Assembly (NCBI GenBank): GCA_029565065.1
Contig: JAKQOW010000095.1
Location: 5,616 to 69,615 of the forward strand
Length of the DNA stretch: 64,000 bases
DNA from: Acidobacteriota bacterium
GTDB taxonomy: Bacteria > Acidobacteriota > JAAYUB01
Direction of reading: 5' to 3'
Shown piece by piece: positions 27,858-36,598 of this stretch (the first letter of the stretch is position 1; each line of letters begins with the position of its first letter). A model generated the notes under the pieces. The model worked only from the letters and a program-made list of their open reading frames with translations. It made no database searches and was not told the origin of the DNA. Both the position numbers and the translations under genes were made by a program.

Positions 27858-28772
27858 ATGAGTCAGACACTGTTCATTCTGGAAAACAACCAGCAGGTGG
27901 GGCCGCTGTCGACGCAGGACATCGGGGCCATGGTCCAGGCCGGCCGGGTCAACGGCGAGACCTTCTGCTGGGGCGACGGGATGCCCAACTGGCAGCCGCT
28001 GCGCACGGTGCTGCCCCAGCTGTTCCAGGCCGCGCCCGCCGCACCCGCGCCCGCCGCGCCGGTGCAGGCCGCGCCGGCCGCCGCCTACCAGGGGGCGACC
28101 CAGTTTGAAGTGCTGAAGACCGAGTACTACAAGATGCCCAAGATCACCCTCCAGCAGGCGGAAGTGGTGCTGGAGGCGGGCGCGCTCCACTACATGGTCG
28201 GCAACATCGAGATCGAGGTCCAGGCGCCCTCGGCCGGCGGCTTCATCAAGTCGAAGCTCACCGGCGAGCGCGCCGTCAAGCCGGTGTACCGCGGCAGCGG
28301 CACCATCTTCCTCGAGCCCACCTTCGGCGAGGTGAACATCCTGGAGCTGCGCGGCGAAACCTGGATCCTGGACCGCGGCGCCTTCCTGGCCTGCGACCGC
28401 TCCATCACGGTGGACATGTACACCAACAAAGCGATTTCCGGCCTGTTCGGCGGCGAAGGCTTCTTCCAAACCAGCGTGGCCGGCCACGGCAAGGTGATGT
28501 ACAACGCGCCGGGGCCGGTGGAGACGCTGCAGCTCAACAACGAGGTGCTCACTGTGGACGGCAACTTCGCCGTGGCCCGCACCGGCAACCTGGACTTCCG
28601 CGTCGAAAAGGCCACGAAGAAGCTGTTCAGCTCCTGGGCTTCGGGCGAGGGGTTCGTGAACGTGTTCCGCGGCACGGGCACGGTGCTCATCGCGCCGGTG
28701 CCCAACCGCTTCGTCACCCTGATCAACGAGTTCGGCGGCCTGCACGCCGCCATCAGCCGCATCTCGAAATGA
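27858..28772 (+). CDS. GYF_2-domain / AIM24-family protein
   Basis: N-terminal QQVGPLS...TFCWGDGMPNWQPL (GYF_2); C-terminal LEAGALHYMVG...GLFGGEGFFQT...VDGNFAVA (AIM24). Confidence 0.85.
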   Translation: MSQTLFILENNQQVGPLSTQDIGAMVQAGRVNGETFCWGDGMPNWQPLRTVLPQLFQAAPAAPAPAAPVQAAPAAAYQGATQFEVLKTEYYKMPKITLQQAEVVLEAGALHYMVGNIEIEVQAPSAGGFIKSKLTGERAVKPVYRGSGTIFLEPTFGEVNILELRGETWILDRGAFLACDRSITVDMYTNKAISGLFGGEGFFQTSVAGHGKVMYNAPGPVETLQLNNEVLTVDGNFAVARTGNLDFRVEKATKKLFSSWASGEGFVNVFRGTGTVLIAPVPNRFVTLINEFGGLHAAISRISK

Positions 28773-28808
28773 CCGGCCGGCGGCCGCTGCGGGATCCCGT
28801 GGCGGCCG

Positions 28809-29423
28809 TCAGGCGCCCGCCTCCCCCACCACCAGATACAGATCGTCCGCCTCGCGCCAGATGACCGGGCCGAGGCGGGCGTTCGCCAGCATGCGGTTCA
28901 CAACCTCCCGTGGCGGGATCATGTCGTGGGCCACCGCCGACCCCACGCCGGCGTGGAAGGCGTTGAGCTTCTCCCGGCCGGTGAGATGGCAGATGACCAG
29001 CCGCCCCGCCGGCCGCAGCAAACGGGCCAGGGCAGCCAACGCCTCGGCCTTGCGGCTCAGGTGGGGGAAACAATTGTAGAGCAGCACGGCGTCGAAGGCG
29101 CCCGGACTGAAGCTCGGCCGGTGGGCATCGGCAAGCACCCAGCCGGCGCCGGCCGTTGCCTCCCGGCCGCGGGCCTGGCGCAGCATGGGCAGCGAGAAGT
29201 CCATGCCCACCACGCGGCCGCCCGGTCCCACGAGGTCCATGATCACCGACGTGATCCGCCCGGTGCCGCAGCCGGGCTCCAGGATGCGCTGCCCGGGGCG
29301 CAGGCCGGCTTCCGCCAGCACCGTCCGCAGGCGGGGCAACTCGCGGGAATCCTGGTAGTCGGCGTCCCAGCCGTCGGCATGACGGTCGAAGAAGGCCCGT
29401 TTGTCGGTGTGCGGATCAGTCAT
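28809..29423 (-). CDS. Class I SAM-dependent methyltransferase
   Basis: ILEPGCGTG, GMDFSLPML, ADAH, FDAVLLYNCFPH, LLRPAGRLVI. Confidence 0.9.
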   Translation of the reverse strand: MTDPHTDKRAFFDRHADGWDADYQDSRELPRLRTVLAEAGLRPGQRILEPGCGTGRITSVIMDLVGPGGRVVGMDFSLPMLRQARGREATAGAGWVLADAHRPSFSPGAFDAVLLYNCFPHLSRKAEALAALARLLRPAGRLVICHLTGREKLNAFHAGVGSAVAHDMIPPREVVNRMLANARLGPVIWREADDLYLVVGEAGA

Positions 29424-30237
29424 AGCGGGTCGCCTCCCGGCGCCGGAAAATCAGGACGACAAAGAACGCGGCGCAGAGCACGACGATCACCATGGCGCCC
29501 GTGCCCACGTTCCACCAGGCCGACAGCAGCACGCCCGCGAGGCAGCCGCCCGCGCCCAGCGCGGCGCTGGCGACGAAGAGCGCCGGCAGGCTGCGGGCGA
29601 ACAGCCGTGCGGTGGCTGCCGGCGCGATGAGCACCGCGAAGATCAGCAGGCCGCCCAGCGCCTCCAGGTAGACCGCTACCGACAGGCCCACCACCGTCAG
29701 CACCAGGCCCATCAGAAACGCGTCCCGGAGCCCCGCCGCCGCGGCCAGCTTCCGGCTCACCAGCAGCGCCCGCAGGCCGGGGTAGAACCCGACGATGAGC
29801 GCCGCGACGAGGGCCGTGGCCCCCGCCATCCAGACCAGCCGGTCCGGCGGCAGGAGCAGGATGCTGCCCCACAGGAGGGCCAGCAGGCGGTTGATCTCAC
29901 CGCCCGCCAGGGACATCCCCATGAAGGTCAGGCCGAGCATGGTGGAGAAGACGATGCCCACCGCCAGCTCGTGCTCCTGACGGGACTTCTCGATGATGGG
30001 ACCGATGAGCCACACGGCCAGACAGGCACCGGCGAAGGCGCCGCTCATCGGCGACACCCCCAGCAGGTGCCCGGCCACCGCCCCCGCCATGGCGCCGTGG
30101 GCCGCCGCCACGCCGATGAACGGGATGCGCAGGCCCACGATGAGCACGCCCAGCAGGCCGCAGCCGACACCGCCGGCCAGGGCCGCCCACAGGGCCCGCT
30201 GCATCAGCGGGAGGTGCAGCCAGTCGAGCAGGTTCAT
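29416..30237 (-). CDS. Metal ABC transporter permease (ZnuB/MntB family)
   Basis: LMQRALWAALAGG, HGAMAG, LLWGSILL, GGLLIFAVLIAPAATARL. Confidence 0.9.
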   Translation of the reverse strand: MNLLDWLHLPLMQRALWAALAGGVGCGLLGVLIVGLRIPFIGVAAAHGAMAGAVAGHLLGVSPMSGAFAGACLAVWLIGPIIEKSRQEHELAVGIVFSTMLGLTFMGMSLAGGEINRLLALLWGSILLLPPDRLVWMAGATALVAALIVGFYPGLRALLVSRKLAAAAGLRDAFLMGLVLTVVGLSVAVYLEALGGLLIFAVLIAPAATARLFARSLPALFVASAALGAGGCLAGVLLSAWWNVGTGAMVIVVLCAAFFVVLIFRRREATRYD

Positions 30238-30956
30238 GACGCCCCCTCCGGCGGCACGCCGGCGGCCGCCAGCGGTCGATCGGCCGACAGCCGACCGTCC
30301 TCCAGGTGCAGCAGGCGGGTGGCCGCTTCCGGCGGTTCGTCGGCCTGGTGGCTGACGAGGATCACCGCCAGGCCCTGCTCCCGGTTCACCCGCGCCAGCA
30401 GCCGGGCGATCTGCTCCCGGGCGGCGCGGTCCAGGTGGTTCATCGGCTCATCCATGAGGATGAGCTGCGGTTCCTGGAGCAGGATCCGGGCGATGGCCAC
30501 CTTCTGCAGCTCGCCGCCCGACAGCGCCGCCAGGGGCCGGTCCAGGAGCGGGATGATACCGGTGTAGCCGGCGATTTCCGCCAGGCGGGCGGCGCGTTCG
30601 TGCCGGCTGCCGCGCCGCGTCCCCCAGCCGCCGAACTGGGCCAGCGCGGCGAAATCGCCCGCCCGGATTGGGATGCGCGTGTCGAACCAGGCCTGCTGCG
30701 GCAGGTAGCCGATCCGGCGCCGCAGCGCCGGGCGGTTCGACCAGAGCATGCGCTGCCCAGCGACGCAGACCTGCCCGGCGGTGGGCGTCGCGAAGCCGGT
30801 GATTGTCTCGAACAGCGTGGTCTTGCCGGCGCCGTTGGGCCCACGCAGCAGGATGAATTCGCGGGGCGCCACCCGCAGGTTGACGTCCTGGAGGAGCCGG
30901 CGGCCGCCTCGCTCCACGCTCACACCGGTCAGTTCAACGAGCGGCGTGGCGGACAT
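30234..30956 (-). CDS. Metal ABC transporter ATPase
   Basis: GPNGAGKTT, IGYLPQQ, LSGGELQKV, LMDEP, VSH. Confidence 0.92.
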   Translation of the reverse strand: MSATPLVELTGVSVERGGRRLLQDVNLRVAPREFILLRGPNGAGKTTLFETITGFATPTAGQVCVAGQRMLWSNRPALRRRIGYLPQQAWFDTRIPIRAGDFAALAQFGGWGTRRGSRHERAARLAEIAGYTGIIPLLDRPLAALSGGELQKVAIARILLQEPQLILMDEPMNHLDRAAREQIARLLARVNREQGLAVILVSHQADEPPEAATRLLHLEDGRLSADRPLAAAGVPPEGAS

Positions 30957-31770
30957 GGCTGAGGGCTTCCCGAAGCGTGCGGGTTTGCGACTGGAAATAC
31001 GCCAGGTAATCGTAATGTCCCGCCGGGTCCGTGGGGAAATTGCTGAGCACGACGTGCGGCCGGCCCCACTGTTCCGCCAGCCGCCCGGTGATGCCCGCCT
31101 GGTCCGACTGCAGGTTGCCCACCAGCAGAGCCACGTCTCCCGGCGGCCGCCGGATCAGCTCCGGCGAGGGGTCGGCGCCGGCGAGCCAGGTGCCGCGCAC
31201 CTCGATCCCCAGGAACCGCAGGAATTCCGCTTGGCGGCTGTCGCAGACGACCCCCACCCCGCGACCCAGCCGTCGCAATTCGGCCATCGCCGTCTCGGTG
31301 TGCCGGCGCACGGTGTCATCGGCCGCCGCGTGGCGAGAGCGGATCACCGGCGCCTGTCGGGGAAACCGGCGGCTCAGGACATCGGCCGCATCGGCCAGCC
31401 CCGCCCGGTAGTTGTCGGGGATGAGCGCGGAGCCCCGGTCGGGCAGCACATCCAGCGCTCCCGGCAGGGCCAGCCCGGACCAGCGGGTTCGGAGGTCCTT
31501 TTGGAAGGCGTGGGTGAGAGCCAGGTCACAACGCTGGATGGCCAGGGCGTCGGCGGGGGCCAGGTCGTAATGGCCCGGACAGGAACCGGGCGGGACGAGC
31601 AGGTACAGCTCCGTCTCCGGTCCGGCCAGGCTGTGCACCATCGCGTACAACAGGGAGGACGAGACCACCACCCCCGGCCGCGGCGGCTCCGGCGCCGGCG
31701 TGGCGAGCGACCCGCCGCAGCCGGCCGCCGCCAGCGTCAGCAGGAGGACGGCCGGCATCCCCCAGCCCAT
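30934..31770 (-). CDS. Atypical ZnuA/TroA-like substrate-binding lipoprotein
   Basis: Lipobox AAAGC; VVVSSSLLYAMVHSLAG...LVPPGSCPGHYDLAPAD; start uncertain (31770 or 31758). Confidence 0.8.
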   Translation of the reverse strand: MGWGMPAVLLLTLAAAGCGGSLATPAPEPPRPGVVVSSSLLYAMVHSLAGPETELYLLVPPGSCPGHYDLAPADALAIQRCDLALTHAFQKDLRTRWSGLALPGALDVLPDRGSALIPDNYRAGLADAADVLSRRFPRQAPVIRSRHAAADDTVRRHTETAMAELRRLGRGVGVVCDSRQAEFLRFLGIEVRGTWLAGADPSPELIRRPPGDVALLVGNLQSDQAGITGRLAEQWGRPHVVLSNFPTDPAGHYDYLAYFQSQTRTLREALSHVRHAAR

Positions 31771-31835
31771 CGCCCGGACGATCCTTGATCCAACCTTACG
31801 GGCGTCAGTTGCTCGATTCGGATGGCACAAACCGC

Positions 31836-31864
31836 TTGACCTCACCGTCGCCAACTCCTATAGT
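31836..31864 (+). promoter_or_regulatory. Sigma70 promoter TTGACC-N17-TATAGT for the TonB receptor
   Basis: Near-consensus hexamers; the -10 overlaps the palindrome. Confidence 0.75.
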
Positions 31865-31889
31865 GTTACCGATTTATTATACGTAACAC
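31863..31889. promoter_or_regulatory. Perfect palindromic operator GTGTTAC-N13-GTAACAC (NikR-type)
   Basis: 7-bp perfect inverted half-sites with AT-rich spacer; equals GTGTTA-N15-TAACAC, the form I recall for deltaproteobacterial NikR. Confidence 0.75.
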
Positions 31890-31904
31890 GGAGTGTAATG
31901 TCCA
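31876..31904 (-). promoter_or_regulatory. Sigma70 promoter TGGACA-N17-TATAAT for the ABC operon
   Basis: Minus-strand hexamers at 31899-31904 and 31876-31881. Confidence 0.75.
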
Positions 31905-33838
31905 CGTCTCCGCGAATCGCCCTGATTTTTTGCTGGGCTGCTCTGGCCGCCATCACCGGTTGGGCCGTCGAATCACCGGCGGGCCGCGAACCGGATGCGC
32001 CCGTGCCGCCGCTGCGCACCGAGATCGAGGTCCGCGCCGACGCCCCGATCGTGGAGGGCAACCACATCGCCGCCGACGGGATCACGTTTTCCCGCGTCAC
32101 GCGGACGCAGCTGGACGACCTGATGGCTCACGACATCCTCACCGGCGTGCGCCGCGTGCCCGGCATCCTCATTTCCCGCTACAACCTGGTGGGAAGCTAC
32201 GGCGGCGGCGAGGGCGGCACCCTGTTCATCCGCGGCATGGGTTCGGGCCGCCCCGGCGCGGAGATCCAGTTTCTCGTCGACGGCGTCCCCCGCGTATCCG
32301 GAGTCTGGGCCCACCCCCTCATGGACGTGCTCGCTGTGGACACCATGGCGCAGATCGACGTGGTCAAGGGCGCTTCCCCCGTTCTGTACGGCAACATGAG
32401 CTTCGGCGCGGTGGACATCCGCACCCGGCGCATGCTCCAGGACGGGCACGAGCTGGAGCTCTCCGCGGCCGGCGGCTCCTACGGCACTCTGCTCACCGCC
32501 CTGAACGGCGGCTTCCGGCAGGGCCGGTTCGACACCTACGTCTCGCTGGGATACAAGCACTCCGACGGACACCGGCCCCAGGCCGACGGCGAGCTGCAAC
32601 ACTACTTCGGCCGCCTGGGCTACGCCGTCGCCCCGGGCTGGCGGCTGGACTTGGCAGTGACCCACACGAACAACTACGCTCGCGACCCGGGCGTCGCCGG
32701 CCTGCCGCCGCCGCCCCGCGCCCAGTTCAACACCGACGACTGGCTCACGGTGGTCACGCTGGAGAACACGCTGGCCCAATGGGACGGGTACTTCCGCTTC
32801 TACAGCGACAACGGCATGATCAACTGGCAGCAGTGGAACACCGGCCGGCAGCAGAGCGAGGACAACGACACCGACTATCACAACTGGGGCTTCCGCGCCC
32901 GCCAGACGTGGCGCGGCAGCGACCGGGTGGCGCTGACGGCCGGCTTCGACTGGGACGACTACGGCGGCGACTTCACCAGCGTCATCGGCGGTGTGGCGGG
33001 CCCCACCCGGGGCGAGCGGTTTCGCAACGCTGCCCCCTATGCGCTGGCGAGCGCCGAGTTCGGCGACAGCACGAAGATCGCGCCGGTCGCCGGACTGCGC
33101 GTCAACGTCAGCGACCCGTTCGGCACATTCCTGGCCCCCCAGGCCGGTGTCAGCCTGATCCGCGGCGGCACCACGGCGCACGTCTCCCTCTCGCGGGGCT
33201 TCAACCTGCCCGGCGTGTACGCGGCCGTGTCGTACGACCAGTGGGGCCGGGGCGACGCCTGGCGCGAGCTGGAGCCGGAACGGGTGGTCCACCTGGAGGC
33301 GGGTGTATCCCGGGTGGTCAACACCTGGCTGCGCCTTGACGCCACCTGTTTCCACGACCGCGGCCGCGACGCCCTCCGCTTCGCCGCCCCGCCGCCGAGC
33401 TACGAGAACATCGCCGAGTACGAGCTCAACGGCCTGGAGACCTCGGTCACGGTCTGGCCGGCCGACGCGCATCACCTGTTCGCCGCCTACACATTCCTGG
33501 ACGCCCAGCCCCACGACACGCCCTACGCGCCGCGCCACACGATCGTCGCCGGCTGGAACTGGAAACCGCTCCGCCGGCTCGACGTCGCGGTGGACGCCCA
33601 GTACATCGGCCGCCGCTTCGCCGCCAATCCGCGCTATCCCGGCGCCCGCGTCGCCATGGACGGCTTCACCCTCTTCAACGCCCGGCTCGACCTCCACGTC
33701 ACCCCCGAGAGCTGGCGGGAGCGGGTGACACTGTTCGGGGCCGTGGAAAACCTGACGGACACCGACTACGAATATCGCCCCGGCTACCCCATGCCCGGCA
33801 TCACCCTCCTGGGCGGGCTCCGGGTGACGATCCACTGA
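31898..33838 (+). CDS. TonB-dependent outer-membrane receptor
   Basis: Signal peptide; plug IRGMGSG...LVDGVP...IDVVKGASPVLYG...GAVDI; C-terminal VENLTDTDYEYRPGYPMPG...GLRVTI; SD GGAG. Confidence 0.93.
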   Translation: MSTSPRIALIFCWAALAAITGWAVESPAGREPDAPVPPLRTEIEVRADAPIVEGNHIAADGITFSRVTRTQLDDLMAHDILTGVRRVPGILISRYNLVGSYGGGEGGTLFIRGMGSGRPGAEIQFLVDGVPRVSGVWAHPLMDVLAVDTMAQIDVVKGASPVLYGNMSFGAVDIRTRRMLQDGHELELSAAGGSYGTLLTALNGGFRQGRFDTYVSLGYKHSDGHRPQADGELQHYFGRLGYAVAPGWRLDLAVTHTNNYARDPGVAGLPPPPRAQFNTDDWLTVVTLENTLAQWDGYFRFYSDNGMINWQQWNTGRQQSEDNDTDYHNWGFRARQTWRGSDRVALTAGFDWDDYGGDFTSVIGGVAGPTRGERFRNAAPYALASAEFGDSTKIAPVAGLRVNVSDPFGTFLAPQAGVSLIRGGTTAHVSLSRGFNLPGVYAAVSYDQWGRGDAWRELEPERVVHLEAGVSRVVNTWLRLDATCFHDRGRDALRFAAPPPSYENIAEYELNGLETSVTVWPADAHHLFAAYTFLDAQPHDTPYAPRHTIVAGWNWKPLRRLDVAVDAQYIGRRFAANPRYPGARVAMDGFTLFNARLDLHVTPESWRERVTLFGAVENLTDTDYEYRPGYPMPGITLLGGLRVTIH

Positions 33839-33891
33839 CCCCTCACCTTCGCCGCTGCCGGCGGATCGGCCTGCGGCCGCCCGGACCGTTT

Positions 33892-33920
33892 TTGATTTTT
33901 CCCCACCCCGGTGCTATAGT
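33892..33920 (+). promoter_or_regulatory. Sigma70 promoter TTGATT-N17-TATAGT with extended -10, 8 nt before the rlmN ATG
   Basis: TGc-TATAGT; no SD between -10 and start, so probably a leaderless mRNA. Confidence 0.6.
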
Positions 33921-33928
33921 ACCGGACC

Positions 33929-35011
33929 ATGGATCTGGAGAACCTCTTGGGCATGTCCCTGGCGGAGTTGACGGCGGTGCTGGCGCGCTGGGATCAGCCG
34001 GCATTCCGGGCGCGGCAGCTCTACCACCAGCTCTACCGACGCCAATGCACGGAGCTGGACGCCATGACCAACCTGGCCAAGACGCTCCGCCAGGAGCTGG
34101 CCGCGTGCTGCCGGATCAGCCTGCCTGAGACGGCCGCTCGGGTCGTGTCCGCCGACGGCTGCCACAAGTACCTGTTCCGGCTGGCCGACGGTTGCGAGGT
34201 TGAGTCGGTCCACATCCCCGAGCCGGACCGCGTGACGCTGTGCCTGTCCACCCAGGTGGGCTGCCCCATGGGGTGCACCTTCTGCGCCACCGCCGGCATG
34301 GCCGCCCGTCGCGATCTCGCCGCCGGCGAGATCCTGGGCCAGTACTTCCGGATCGCCGCCGACCTCGGCCTCCAGGGCCGACCGGCCAACATCGTGTTCA
34401 TGGGCATGGGCGAGCCGCTGCTCAACTACGACGCGGTGATGGCCGCCTTCCGGCTGTTTGTCGATCCGGCCGGCATCGCTCTGTCGCGGCGCGGCGTCAC
34501 CCTGTCCACGTCCGGCCTGGTGGACGGCATCCGTCGCCTGGGCGCCGAGCCGGTCCGCCCGAAGCTGGCGATTTCCCTCAACGCCGCCACCGACGAGGTC
34601 CGCGACCGGCTGATGCCGGTGAACCGCCGCCATCCGCTGGCGGAGCTCCTCGGCGCCTGCCGCGACTTCCCCCTGGCGCCGGGCGAGCGCATCACCTGCG
34701 AATACGTCCTGATCCGCGGCGTGAACGATACGCCGGCGGACGCCCGACGGCTGGCGCGCCTGCTCAAGCCCCTCCGCTGCAAGATCAACCTGATCCCGTA
34801 CAACGAAGTTTCCGGCCTTCCCTTCGCCGCGCCGGCTGAAGCGGCGGTCCTCGCCTTCAAGCAGGTGCTCATCGATGCCCGGTTCGCCGCCATGATCCGC
34901 AAGTCGCGGGGCCGCGACATCCAGGCGGCGTGCGGCCAGTTGGCCGCCGCCGGCCGGCCGGCGGCGGCCCGCCCGACTGCCCCACTCGAACCCGGAGGAT
35001 GCCATGCCTGA
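33929..35011 (+). CDS. rlmN: 23S rRNA m2A2503 radical SAM methyltransferase
   Basis: CLSTQVGCPMGCTFCAT, NIVFMGMGEPL, LAISLNA, INLIPYN, DIQAACGQL. Confidence 0.96.
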   Translation: MDLENLLGMSLAELTAVLARWDQPAFRARQLYHQLYRRQCTELDAMTNLAKTLRQELAACCRISLPETAARVVSADGCHKYLFRLADGCEVESVHIPEPDRVTLCLSTQVGCPMGCTFCATAGMAARRDLAAGEILGQYFRIAADLGLQGRPANIVFMGMGEPLLNYDAVMAAFRLFVDPAGIALSRRGVTLSTSGLVDGIRRLGAEPVRPKLAISLNAATDEVRDRLMPVNRRHPLAELLGACRDFPLAPGERITCEYVLIRGVNDTPADARRLARLLKPLRCKINLIPYNEVSGLPFAAPAEAAVLAFKQVLIDARFAAMIRKSRGRDIQAACGQLAAAGRPAAARPTAPLEPGGCHA

Positions 35012-35282
35012 CGACGACGAACGGGTGAACGGCGCGATCGACGCGGTGGGTTTCCACAAGACGAAGGATCCCGAAGCCATCGCCGAGCTGCAGGACATGC
35101 AGCGGATGTACGAGCGGATCGCCGACGCCATCCGCGAGCGGAAGAACGTGCCGTTCACGCGCGTCCTGCAGAACGCCCGGGCCAAGGCCGAGGAAGCCGA
35201 GGCGGCCGCCGCCACCGGGCCGGACGCGGAATCGACCGAAGCGGCGGACGCGGACCATGCCCCCACCGATACCACCGGCTGA
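35004..35282 (+). CDS. Small hypothetical protein with acidic Ala-rich tail
   Basis: SD GGAGG before ATG, overlaps the rlmN end. Confidence 0.65.
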   Translation: MPDDDERVNGAIDAVGFHKTKDPEAIAELQDMQRMYERIADAIRERKNVPFTRVLQNARAKAEEAEAAAATGPDAESTEAADADHAPTDTTG

Positions 35283-35697
35283 GCAGGTGGCCGAGCTGGA
35301 ACTGCGCGCCGGCCGCCCGGTGCGCTGCCGCGCCGCCGGCTCCAGCATGAAGCCGCTCATCGTCCCCGGCGCCGACCTGGAGGTCCAGCCGGTCCCGGCG
35401 CAGGAGCTGCGGCCCGGCGATGTGCTGCTCTTCCAGGACGGCACGCGCCTCGTGGCGCACCGGCTGGTGCGCCGCGTCGATGATCCCGAGCGGGGGCGGC
35501 TCTTCTACGTCCAGGGGGACAACCGGCACGACGTGGAGGGACCCGTTCCGGCCGACGCCATCCTGGGCCGCATCGAACGGGTGCGCTCCGGCTGGCTTCG
35601 CTTCCGCCCCCGGGCTTGGTGGATCCGCGCCGCCTACCCGCCCCTGCGTTGGGGGTATCGGTGCGCCGCCCGCATCAAACGGGCGCTGACCGGCTGA
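35257..35697 (+). CDS. S24/S26 family peptidase (soluble, Ser/His type)
   Basis: AAGSSMKP, LRPGDVLLF, LVAHRL, QGDN...ILGRI. Confidence 0.85.
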   Translation: MPPPIPPAEQVAELELRAGRPVRCRAAGSSMKPLIVPGADLEVQPVPAQELRPGDVLLFQDGTRLVAHRLVRRVDDPERGRLFYVQGDNRHDVEGPVPADAILGRIERVRSGWLRFRPRAWWIRAAYPPLRWGYRCAARIKRALTG

Positions 35698-35743
35698 GCG
35701 TCGCGGTGGAAATGGGGGGATCGGATCCGGCGTCGGGCGCCGT

Positions 35744-36148
35744 TCACGGTCCAGAATACTCGAAGCCGTTGGTGTCGGTCTCCTGAAGGGTGATCGTCGC
35801 GAGCCGTCCCGGCACCGCCGGCTGCAGGGCCGACCAGATCCACCGGCACAGGTTCTCGGACGTGGGCACCCGGTCGCGGAAGTCGGGGATCTCGTCGTTG
35901 ATGAAGCGGTGATCCAGCCGGTCCACGACCTGGCGGCGCACCACCCGGTCCAGCTCGGCCAGGTCCGCGATCATCCCGCTGGCCGGGTCCATCTCGCCGG
36001 AGACCGCCACCCAGAGCGTGTAGTTGTGGCCATGGCCGTGCGGATTGGCGCAGCGGCCGTAGACGCGGCGATTCCGCTCCGGATCCCACTGGGCCCGGCT
36101 CAGGCGGTGGCCCGCCGAGAAGGTGTAGCGCCGGATCAGGCGGAGCAT
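35744..36148 (-). CDS. queD: 6-carboxytetrahydropterin / 6-pyruvoyltetrahydropterin synthase, paralogue 2
   Basis: FSAGHRL...CANPHGHGHNY...DHRFIN...PTSENL...LQET. Confidence 0.9.
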   Translation of the reverse strand: MLRLIRRYTFSAGHRLSRAQWDPERNRRVYGRCANPHGHGHNYTLWVAVSGEMDPASGMIADLAELDRVVRRQVVDRLDHRFINDEIPDFRDRVPTSENLCRWIWSALQPAVPGRLATITLQETDTNGFEYSGP

Positions 36149-36558
36149 GGCGCCTCCGCGGTCCATTCCACGCACAGGTCGTCGCTCTCCCACAGCCGGA
36201 TGCGGTGGACCCGCGCGCCCCGGAAGGCCGGCTGCAGGAGGTCGCGGATGTACAGCACCAGATTCTCGGTGGTGGGGATGGCGGTCTGAAAATGGGGGAT
36301 GTCCTGGTTGAGAAACCGGTGGTCCAGCCGGTCCAGCACCGTCTGTTCCAGAACGGCCTTGACGTCCTTCAGGTCGATGATCATGCCGGTCTCGGGGTCC
36401 GGCTCCCCCGCCAGCGACAGCTCCAGGCGGTAGTTGTGCCCGTGGCCGTGCGGATTGGCGCACGGCCCGAACACGGCCCGGTTTTTCGCCTCGTCCCACG
36501 CCGGTTGCCAGTAGCGGTGGGCGGCGCAGAAGGTCACAGTCTTGGTGATGACGATCAT
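36136..36558 (-). CDS. queD: 6-carboxytetrahydropterin / 6-pyruvoyltetrahydropterin synthase, paralogue 1
   Basis: FCAAHRY...CANPHGHGHNY...DHRFLN...PTTENL...LWES. Confidence 0.9.
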   Translation of the reverse strand: MIVITKTVTFCAAHRYWQPAWDEAKNRAVFGPCANPHGHGHNYRLELSLAGEPDPETGMIIDLKDVKAVLEQTVLDRLDHRFLNQDIPHFQTAIPTTENLVLYIRDLLQPAFRGARVHRIRLWESDDLCVEWTAEAPCSA

Positions 36559-36598
36559 CTCGTTCTCCTTGCCCGGCGCGGCGGTCCCGCGGCCGCGG

